The position numbers and the translations under genes are program-made. A DNA stretch of 64,000 bases, from NCBI GenBank assembly GCA_964586735.1, contig CAZPIN010000125.1, forward strand, positions 563-64,562, given 5' to 3'. Numbering within the stretch: the stretch's first letter is position 1; each line of letters begins with the position of its first letter. Under the pieces are notes generated by a model. It searched no databases and had not been told where the DNA came from. It was given only the letters and a program-made list of their open reading frames with translations. This document shows positions 1-10,100 of the stretch, one piece after another. The stretch comes from an uncultured Rhodobacterales bacterium (lineage in GTDB: Bacteria > Pseudomonadota > Alphaproteobacteria > Rhodobacterales > CAZPXZ01).

Positions 1-1
1 G

Positions 2-1030
2 CATGCACAGCGCGTACTGCTGGGTCATCTGCCTGGCGTACAGTTGCCGCATGAGTGGCTGCCACAGGAAGGTGACCGGATGTGGACTCCCGCTGACTGG
101 GCTTGGATGGGTGGCTTGACCAACGTCATGATGCCATCGCTGCGATTCGGGGTACCGCTGGTGGCATATCGCCAAAGGCGTTTCGATCCCGAGTCGGCTC
201 TGGCAATGATACGTCGGGAAGAGGTACGCAACGTCTTTCTGCCGCCCACGGCACTACGCATGATTTACGAGGCGGCCCCAGCTGGTGGCGGCATCCAGCT
301 ACGGTCGCTGGCCAGCGGAGGCGAGTCGCTAGGTGCCGAGACGCTGGAGTGGGGCAGGGAGGCGTTCGGTCGAACCATCAACGAGTTCTACGGCCAAACT
401 GAATGCAACCTGGTTGTCGGAAACTGCGCTTCCCTCTTCGACCCGGTGCCGGGTTCGGCGGGACGGTCGTTGCCAGGGCATGAGGTGGCAGTACTGGATG
501 ACTCGGGTAGCGTCCTGCCGTCTGGCGAAGCGGGAGAGCTGGCCGTGCGCTGGCCTGATCCGGTCATGTTTCTGGGCTACTGGAAGCGCCCCGATACGAC
601 GCGGGACAAGTTTGCTGGGCTGTGGATGCGCACTGGCGATATCGCGGAGCTAGACGACAGCGGCTATGTGCGATTCGTCGCTCGAACGGACGACATCATC
701 ACCTCGTCGGGCTATCGCATAGGACCGACTGAGATCGAGGACTGCTTGGGCGGACACCCGGAAGTGGCGATGGCCGGGGTAGTGGGGATTCCAGATCCGG
801 TCCGCAAAGAAGCGGTGGCTGCTTTTGTCGTGCAGGCGACGGGCAGTATCTCGAGTCCCGACGACCTTGCAGCAACACTGAAGGAGCGGGTGCGGCAGCG
901 CCTGGGGGCACATCTTGCGCCGCGAAGAGTAGTGTATCTGGACTCGCTGCCAATGACGGCAACAGGCAAGATACTGCGCCGAGAGCTGCGCAACTGGACA
1001 CCCGAAAGTGCTGATTCGACCAAGGACTAG
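2..1030 (+). CDS. AMP-dependent acyl-CoA synthetase/ligase, C-terminal ~340 aa (5' end lies upstream of the window)
   Basis: The frame is open from base 2. Adenylate-forming enzyme motifs are present: 'EFYGQTE', 'TGDIAELDDSGYVRFVARTDDIITSSGYRIGPTEIE' and C-terminal 'TATGKILRRELR'. Confidence 0.85.
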   Translation, partial: HAQRVLLGHLPGVQLPHEWLPQEGDRMWTPADWAWMGGLTNVMMPSLRFGVPLVAYRQRRFDPESALAMIRREEVRNVFLPPTALRMIYEAAPAGGGIQLRSLASGGESLGAETLEWGREAFGRTINEFYGQTECNLVVGNCASLFDPVPGSAGRSLPGHEVAVLDDSGSVLPSGEAGELAVRWPDPVMFLGYWKRPDTTRDKFAGLWMRTGDIAELDDSGYVRFVARTDDIITSSGYRIGPTEIEDCLGGHPEVAMAGVVGIPDPVRKEAVAAFVVQATGSISSPDDLAATLKERVRQRLGAHLAPRRVVYLDSLPMTATGKILRRELRNWTPESADSTKD

Positions 1031-1267
1031 AGGTTCCCCTGTGGACGTGGTTCAGCAGCAGACGCAGCTCCGATGCATTTAGACGCTGGTACCGCTGCTC
1101 CAAGTGAGGCACATGACGCAGAGATGTCTCGGGTACAGGGAAGACTTCAAGGTAGCCAGGTATGTAGGCTGGTGCGCTTGCAGGGGTTGACAGAGAGGCA
1201 GAAGTCAGATAGAGTGGGCGGCGCAGCCAAGGGATCATGGCGAAGCCGTGCTGGCTAAGGGGGTAAC

Positions 1268-2245
1268 ATGCAAGAACAGGCACTATCGGCAGCGTGGTCC
1301 AGGGCGCCTAGAGGGCTGACAGACATGCGTCGGCTAGCCAAGCGTATTGTAGCCAGCAGGCCCTGGCTGCAGGCAGCTATACTGTTCGGATCGAGGGCGC
1401 GCGGCACAGCGCGCCCTGACAGCGACTGGGATGTTGCGCTACTTGCGTCAGAGCGCTATAGAGACGAGGTGCTGCGCCTCGCTCCTAGAGTGCCTGCCGT
1501 GAGTTACGTACCGCTTAGCCCCAGACGGCTGCGCGAGCGATACAATAGGCTTGGTACGCTAGAGAGGTCCATAGCCAGGGATGGCGTACTGCTGGCAGGG
1601 GACTGGATCATGCCTAAATCACAGAAGAGGCAGGTTGTCTCATACCCAGACTTGGCGAACGATCTTGAGGCGTCGGCAAGCAAGATTAGTTCGGCTATCG
1701 AACGTATTCGGCGGAAGATTCCGCATCAACCTTTATTTGGAGACAACCTTCTTTGCAGCGCTACACAGGACGCGGGAGAGTTGCTGTCCAAGGCCGCATT
1801 GCTACATATGGGCATCCACCCGCCACATACCCACAATGCGCTGGAGTTGGCTGACGAGCTGCGGAAAAAACAACTCGATCATGACTGGATTGATATGATT
1901 GAGTCATTGAATGGGCTGTCAAGAGAGCGTCATGTCGCGTTCTATACTGCAGCAATACTAGAGAGTTTTGAAGATTCCCTGCACCGTCTTCACATGGTGG
2001 TGGAATTCTATATGGAAGTGGTCGAAACAATTTTGGAAAAGCGTCCCGGCATGACAGGACACTTGCTGGAAATTTGTGAAGATATTGTCCATACAGTTTC
2101 AGATCATCAGCATGCAAGCAATTGGGATCTGCTGCCAGAAGACCTAAAGCAGACTTTGCTGCAGTGGAAAGGCATGGCCGAAGGGCTGCTGGATGCGGCG
2201 GCCGCCAACAAGCGCAAAGCTGCGAAACGCCGCCGTACTCACTGA
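1268..2245 (+). CDS. Fused minimal nucleotidyltransferase (MNT) - HEPN domain protein with a helical, basic C-terminal tail
   Basis: The N-terminal 'LFGSRARGTARPDSDWDVALL' matches the pol-beta NTase signature G-S-x(n)-D-x-D. The central 'ELLSKAALLHMGIHPPHTHNALELADEL ... LSRERHVAFY' resembles HEPN (PF05168-type) helices. The 3' two-thirds is visibly AT-richer than its neighbours. Confidence 0.7.
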   Translation: MQEQALSAAWSRAPRGLTDMRRLAKRIVASRPWLQAAILFGSRARGTARPDSDWDVALLASERYRDEVLRLAPRVPAVSYVPLSPRRLRERYNRLGTLERSIARDGVLLAGDWIMPKSQKRQVVSYPDLANDLEASASKISSAIERIRRKIPHQPLFGDNLLCSATQDAGELLSKAALLHMGIHPPHTHNALELADELRKKQLDHDWIDMIESLNGLSRERHVAFYTAAILESFEDSLHRLHMVVEFYMEVVETILEKRPGMTGHLLEICEDIVHTVSDHQHASNWDLLPEDLKQTLLQWKGMAEGLLDAAAANKRKAAKRRRTH

Positions 2246-2310
2246 TTTCGGCAGTTCAGGCAGGCTGACGCGCCCCTTAACATGCGCAGTATCACTCGGG
2301 CGAGACGAGG

Positions 2311-2805
2311 TTACTGCGATGGAGGCACCGCCGGGGAGTCGCCCTCTGCTGGAGCCTCGCTTGGCGCATCGGCGGGTGCTTCGGTCTGCGGTGATTCGGA
2401 CGACTCGCCCTGCTCGCCGGACGCGGGCGCGGCAGGTTCCAGCTGAATCTCGAACGGCGTGTCTTCCGACGTTTCGGGGGCGGGCGGCGCAAGTGGGTCT
2501 CCTAAATCTGGTATCAGCAGCTCGAACTCGCCCGACTCGGGTTCCACGCCGCGTACGACGCTCTCGTCGCGCGCGTCCCGCGACGCGAGAATGGTGAGCA
2601 GCAGGCTGGCGCCGACAAACGCCGCGCCGAGTCCCCAGGTCAGCTTTGTCAGCGCGGTGGCGGCCGAGCGGCCTGTCATCAGCCCGCCGCCTCCACCGCC
2701 GCCGCCGCCGATGCCCAGCGCGCCCCCTTCGGAGCGCTGCAGAAGCACCACCGCGATCAGGAACAGGGCGATGACCAGCAGTATGACGAGAACCACGTTT
2801 TCCAT
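2311..2805 (-). CDS. secG: Preprotein translocase subunit SecG with an acidic, Pro/Glu-rich C-terminal extension
   Basis: Has an N-terminal TM helix, then 'LLQRSEGGALGIGGGGGGGGG' and a second hydrophobic helix. This is the typical SecG layout. It is 164 aa, longer than the usual ~110 aa. Confidence 0.8.
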   Translation of the reverse strand: MENVVLVILLVIALFLIAVVLLQRSEGGALGIGGGGGGGGGLMTGRSAATALTKLTWGLGAAFVGASLLLTILASRDARDESVVRGVEPESGEFELLIPDLGDPLAPPAPETSEDTPFEIQLEPAAPASGEQGESSESPQTEAPADAPSEAPAEGDSPAVPPSQ

Positions 2806-2871
2806 GGGATGTTTCCGGCGAGTTGGAAGTGAAGGGGATAGACTAGCGGACCGCGGCGATTGGGCAAGTGG

Positions 2872-4445
<1,574 letters not shown>

Positions 4446-4447
4446 GG

Positions 4448-6202
4448 CTACACCATCACCTTGCCGGCGTCTCCCACCTCCGGCCTGTTGGTCTCGCCGC
4501 CGAGGATCATCTCGTTGTGGGCCTTGCCGGAGGGGATCATCGGATAGCAGTTTTCGGCGGGGTCGACCACGCAGTCGAACACCACCGGACCGTCGAAGGT
4601 TACCATCTCGTCGATCATCTCGTCCAGCTTGGCCGGATCATCGCAGCGAATGCCGTGGCAGCCGAACGCCTCGGCGAGCTTGACGAAGTCGGGCAGCGCC
4701 TCGGAGTAGCTGTGGGCGTAGCGCCCGCCGTGCAGCAGCTCCTGCCACTGGCGGACCATGCCGAGGTACTTGTTATTGAGGATGAACACCTTGATGGGTA
4801 GGTGGTGCTGCACGGCGGTGGACAGCTCCTGCAGTACCATCATCACCGAGGCTTCGCCGGCGACGTCGATGATCAGGCTGTCGGGATGCGCCATTTGCAC
4901 GCCGATGGCGGCCGGCAGCCCGTAGCCCATGGTGCCCAGCCCGCCGGACGTCATCCAGCGGTGCGGCTCCTCGAACGGCAGGAACTGGGCCGCCCACATC
5001 TGGTGCTGGCCCACCTCGGTGGTGATGTAGACGTCCTCGTCCTTGATGCGCTCGCGCAGCCGCTGCAGGGCGTACTGCGGCTTGACCACCTCGGTGGAGT
5101 TTTCGAAGGCCAGGCAGTCGACGGCGCGCCACTCGTCGATTCGCTTCCACCAGTCCTTGACGGCGTCGGCTTTGGTGCGCCGCCCTCCCGACTTCCACAG
5201 GGCGAGCATCCCCTCTAGAGCGTGGGCCGCGTCGCCGATCAGAGGCACGTCGACGTGGACGTTCTTGTTGATGGAGGAGGCGTCGATGTCGATGTGCACC
5301 TTCTTGGAGTGCGGGGCGAAGGCGTCGAGACGGCCGGTGATGCGGTCGTCGAAGCGGGCGCCGACGGCCAGCATGAGGTCGCACTCGTGCATGGCCAGGT
5401 TGGCCTCGTAGGTGCCGTGCATGCCCAGCATGCCCAGCCACTGGGAGTCGGAGGCGGGGTAGGCGCCCAGTCCCATCAGCGTCGAGGTGATGGGAAAGCC
5501 GGTGGCCTGGACCAGCTCGCGCAGGAGGGTCGAGGCATGACGGCCGGCATTGATGACGCCGCCGCCCGTGTAGAACAGCGGGCGCTCGGCCGACTCCATC
5601 AGCTCGACGGCCCTCTCCACGCTGGCCTGCTCGGGTCGCATGACGGGGTTGTAGCTGGGGTGGCGGATGTTGCCGGGCGGGCGGTACTGGCACTGGGCGA
5701 ACTGCACGTCCTTGGGGATGTCAACCACCACCGGACCGGGGCGGCCGGCGGTGGCCACGTAGAACGCCTCGTGCAGGGTGGTGGCGAGGCGGTCCGGGTC
5801 GCGCACCAGCCAGTTGTGCTTGGTGCAGGGGCGGGTGATGCCGACGGTGTCGGCCTCCTGGAAGGCGTCGTTGCCGATGAGGAAGGTGGGCACCTGGCCG
5901 GTGAGGCAGACGATGGGAACGGAGTCCATCAGGGCGTCGGTGAGGCCGGTGACCGCGTTGGTGGCGCCGGGGCCGGAGGTGACTAGCAGCACGCCGGGGC
6001 GTCCGGTGGAGCGGGCGTAGCCCTCGGCGGCGTGGGCGGCGCCCTGCTCGTGGCGGACGAGGACGTGGCGGATGCCGCTCTCGCCGAAGAGGGCGTCGTA
6101 GATGGGCAGCACGGCGCCGCCCGGATAGCCGAACACCACGTCGACCTGCTGGTCCTTGAGCGCGCGAATCACGGTCTCGGCGCCGGTGATGGTGTCTGTC
6201 AT
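4448..6202 (-). CDS. ilvI: Acetolactate synthase large (catalytic) subunit
   Basis: ThDP-enzyme motifs are present ('GYPGGAVLPIYDAL', 'GGLGTMGYGLPAAIG'). The ATG at 6202 ('MTDTITGAETVIRAL') is the likely start. The track ORF extends to 6274. Confidence 0.95.
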   Translation of the reverse strand: MTDTITGAETVIRALKDQQVDVVFGYPGGAVLPIYDALFGESGIRHVLVRHEQGAAHAAEGYARSTGRPGVLLVTSGPGATNAVTGLTDALMDSVPIVCLTGQVPTFLIGNDAFQEADTVGITRPCTKHNWLVRDPDRLATTLHEAFYVATAGRPGPVVVDIPKDVQFAQCQYRPPGNIRHPSYNPVMRPEQASVERAVELMESAERPLFYTGGGVINAGRHASTLLRELVQATGFPITSTLMGLGAYPASDSQWLGMLGMHGTYEANLAMHECDLMLAVGARFDDRITGRLDAFAPHSKKVHIDIDASSINKNVHVDVPLIGDAAHALEGMLALWKSGGRRTKADAVKDWWKRIDEWRAVDCLAFENSTEVVKPQYALQRLRERIKDEDVYITTEVGQHQMWAAQFLPFEEPHRWMTSGGLGTMGYGLPAAIGVQMAHPDSLIIDVAGEASVMMVLQELSTAVQHHLPIKVFILNNKYLGMVRQWQELLHGGRYAHSYSEALPDFVKLAEAFGCHGIRCDDPAKLDEMIDEMVTFDGPVVFDCVVDPAENCYPMIPSGKAHNEMILGGETNRPEVGDAGKVMV

Positions 6203-6494
6203 GTCTGGTCTCCCGCGCCGGGAGGCGGGTTGGGGAATGCGCTCGGCTGGAGTGACGGACTTGCGGAACGGCACGGCCGGCGCACGCCCTGCTCCGGGCG
6301 CGCGCTAGGTTACGACTACGACAACAATTGCCGTCCGATGCGTCATGCGTCGATCTTTCCGTTCCGCCGCGTCTCGCTGGACACGGACTCCGTTGGCGGC
6401 TAAGATAAGGTAATTTGCGGAGCGGTCAAGGCGCAGCCTGCGGAAACGTCTTGGGGGCCTAGGCGCGGGAGCGCCGAAGCCGGGAGGAAGTGGA

Positions 6495-6926
6495 ATGCGC
6501 CTGTGGAGCCTGCATCCGCGGTACCTTGATGTCCGGGGCCTCGTGGCCCTGTGGCGTGAGGCGCTTCTGGCGCAGGCGGTGCTGTGCGGGCGGACGAGGG
6601 GATATACTCGCCATCCGCAGCTGCGCCGGTTTCAGGAGCACGCCGCGCCACGGGCTGCCGTCGCCGCCTACCTGCGGAGGGTGCAGGCAGAGGCAGCCGA
6701 ACGGGGCTATAGTTTCGACGCCAGCCGCATCGAGTCGGCGAAGGGCGAAGTTGCTAGAATCGCGGTGCCCCGGGGGCAGGTGCGGTACGAGTGGGAGCAT
6801 CTGATGGCGAAACTTCGCATCCGCGACTCCGCGCGCCAGGCGCGGCTTGCGCCGCTGACGCGGCCGAGCACGCATCCGCTGTTTCGGGTGGTGCCGGGCG
6901 GCATAGCCGAGTGGGAACATCCATGA
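6495..6926 (+). CDS. Pyrimidine-dimer DNA glycosylase / endonuclease V (DenV-like) family protein
   Basis: The N-terminus 'MRLWSLHPRYLDVRGLVALWREALLAQAVL...GYTRHPQLRRF' matches the bacterial Pyr_excise-type family as I recall it. A strong RBS 'gggaggaagtgga' precedes the ATG. Confidence 0.7.
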   Translation: MRLWSLHPRYLDVRGLVALWREALLAQAVLCGRTRGYTRHPQLRRFQEHAAPRAAVAAYLRRVQAEAAERGYSFDASRIESAKGEVARIAVPRGQVRYEWEHLMAKLRIRDSARQARLAPLTRPSTHPLFRVVPGGIAEWEHP

Positions 6927-7180
6927 CCGGGATCAGAATACGGACAGAAGCTGCCCGCGTCCGACGGGCTGTCGCTGGGCACGATGGCGGGGCCTCAGCG
7001 GCGGCGCGGTCGGCGAGGGGAATGGACGCTTGCAGCGGGAGCATTGACAGGCAGGGCGGACTGTGGAAGATGCCACCGCAAACGGCAGTGGTACCGGTAA
7101 GGCCGCCGTGGGCAGGTCGCGGCGCGGTTGGAACGTACCCGCTGGAAAGCGGAACGCTGAGGTGGAGCAGGTAGAGCATC

Positions 7181-10100
7181 ATGCAGGCTGCACAGCTAGA
7201 AGGCATTTGCGGACGCCGGAGGGACGGAGACGGTCTGTCGGTACCGCGAGAGGGCATTGGCGGCGGAACTCGACAGGTGCGTCGAAAGCGAGGCGTCTGC
7301 TGGAGTCGGGGGGCACTGTGGGGAATCTGCCTGCTGATGGTGCCCGCGACGGTGCCCCTGTATGCTCCGTCCGCCGTCGCACAGACGCCCGCAGCGACGA
7401 TCGATTTTCGGCGGGTTACCGTCGACTCCCAGCCTGACGGCGAACGTTCAGCATGGGTTGGATTCTTGCTGCGAGGAGGACTCGACAATAGGCCAAGCGG
7501 TGTTACAGAGAATGACCTCAAATACGAGTGGAGGAGCGCGAGCACTGTCGATACCGGACAAGACATAAATCCACAGTTTAGTCCGATTGCTGGCGCGACT
7601 GGTCCAGCCTATAGGCTTACTTCCACCGACGACGACCATTACATTCAGCTGCGGGTTTACGTGGAAGGCGGCGATTCTTGGTATAGGAGACTGCAACGCG
7701 ACGACGGAACAGACCAAAAAATTGATACTATAACCAATCACTGTACTCGTACTGCGGACAATGATACTGAAACGGTTAATCTTACTGGCTTTACGCGCGA
7801 GCTAAATGACGAAGGAACATATAGCAACGTGTATAGAGTGGGAAACACTCTGTCTATCGAATTTACCGATAATGGAGGGCTGCAAGATATGCTGGCCGAC
7901 CGCCCTATCCCCGGCCGTACCGGGTGGACTTATGGTGACAGTGGCAACACCCACGGCCAGGGCATAGCCTACGGGTGGGAGCTGGTAGATGAAAACGGCG
8001 ACTCATTCGATCCCGCCAAGTTCCTTGGCGGAGAAGCGACATATGAAATTCCGGCAACCACCACTGAAGGCGATACGGTTGCGGGCAATAGAATCAAAGG
8101 CGCCGTTCTCTACACGGACGACTGGGGGTGCCCTGAGGTACTTGCGCAGACATCCGAAGTAGTAGTAGGCGATGAAACCACCAATAGTGACGCAACCGGT
8201 CGGCCATTGATTTTATTCAATGCCGGCAACAACGCAGGAGAGTCGGCAATCGGTATACCAGTGGAATCCGGCCAAGTGCTTAGGTATGACAGGGGAAGCA
8301 TCGATGATTCCAACGGCTGGGATGGAACGGTTCACGAGTACCAGTGGCAGTCGCAGACCAAGCCCGATACCTCCGACTGGGAAGACATTGCGGGAGCCAG
8401 CGGAGCCACCTACACCATCCCCTCAGCAACTGACGCCAACGACATATTGAGGTTCAGAATCAAGATCACTTATAGGGATGACGACTACGCTCAAACATCC
8501 ATGGAAGAGGTAGTGGAAAGCATGCCCACGGGGTACATCAACATTCCGCCAGGAGGCGCGCCGCAGATAGGAGTTACCAACAATCTTACAATGGTTGGCA
8601 ATGACATGAGCGTCGCTCCAGCCGCTGAACAAGAGTTTATTGAAATCCTGTCTGATCCGAATGGAGCCGCCGCCCCATTTGCGTACCGGTGGGAAAAATG
8701 CGCGGCAGGACAGGACTGCGGCGCGGACGGGGGCGGCTGGACGAACTTGACGAATGTTGAGGCAGACCCAGACACCACGGATACGGCGGGCCAGCAGTTC
8801 ACGGGTAGTTCATTCACGCTGCTAGTGACGCACGCGGGATACAGGTTTCGCTATATTGTTTCCTACACGGACGAGGACGGCAGCGATGAGGAGGCTGTTT
8901 CTGCCGTTTCCGAGGCGGTCAACGCCTCCGCAACCGGCTCAGTGACAATTGTGTTCAGCAGCCCCAGATACCCGACAGAAACGCCATATAGCAGGACGCC
9001 AGTGGTAGGCGAAGTCCTGCAGGCCGACACGAAAAGCATCGCTGACCTCAATGGACTGGGCGACTTCACGTACAGTTGGTTCAGGGAAGACAAGGATGGC
9101 GCTAATCGCGTGCCGATATCGGGCAGTACCCAGCCGCTCTACACGCTGCAGGACGAGGACGCCGGCAAGAAGATCTCGCTGGAGGTGCGGTTCACCGACG
9201 GGGAAGGGAACCCGGAGGAACCGGGTGCGAGCAATCCCACAGACATTGTCAACGACCCCGTCAAGGGATTTCAAGTCAATGCTGGCGCTCCTTCGGGGGC
9301 TCCGGAGTATGAAGTTGGCGGCGTGTTCGCCGACCGGTTGCAGGTATCGACAGCCAGTCTCAGGGACTTAAACGAGAATCAATTGGCGATAGCGAACAGG
9401 TTTGACCCAATCACCTGGGCATGGGCAAGGGTGAACTCTGATGGCGTGGCCACCACCGTTTCCGGCCAAATAGCAGCGGTTTACACGTTGACTCCTGAGG
9501 ACGCGGGCTTGCGCATTCGGGCGACGGCGAGCTACACGGACGAAGATGGCTTTGACGAGACAATCAGCGCCACAAGCGATGTCGTCAACGCCCGTGCATC
9601 AGGAAGTCCGACAATATCCGGCCCTGTTTCACCCGAGCCGGGCAGCGTATTGACAACTGAAATTTTGTCCGTCGTCGATAACAACGGGTTTGACCGGTCG
9701 AAAGCTATCCTAACCTGGATCCGGGTCGCGGCGGATAACATCGCCTCCGACATAGCTGGGGCGCACGGCGACACCTACACCTTGGCGGAAAACGATGCGA
9801 ACAGCAGGATTATGGTCAGGGTAGACTTCACTGACGATGACGGCTTTGCAGAATCACGGTTCAGCGCCCTCTATCCGGCTGGTACTGTTGCGGACGGCAC
9901 CTTCGCGACGGTCAATGGCCGCCCGACGGGAGCCCCGGTACTGGAAGGCTCGGCGCAGGTTGACATGATGGTCGAGGTCAATACCGACGGTATTGACGAT
10001 GCCAATGGTCTTGCTGGTTTGGAGGCGCGAGGAGGCTACGCCTATACCTGGATCCGCCTCAACGCTGATCGCACGGGTCCTGTTACGCTTGTTGGAGAGA

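Noticed and set aside
7128-7143. A sigma54-like 'TGGAAC-N-CGCT' element upstream of the giant autotransporter.
   Set aside because: The GG and GC dinucleotides are separated by 9 nt rather than the 10 nt of the -24/-12 consensus, and the -12 element is weak.
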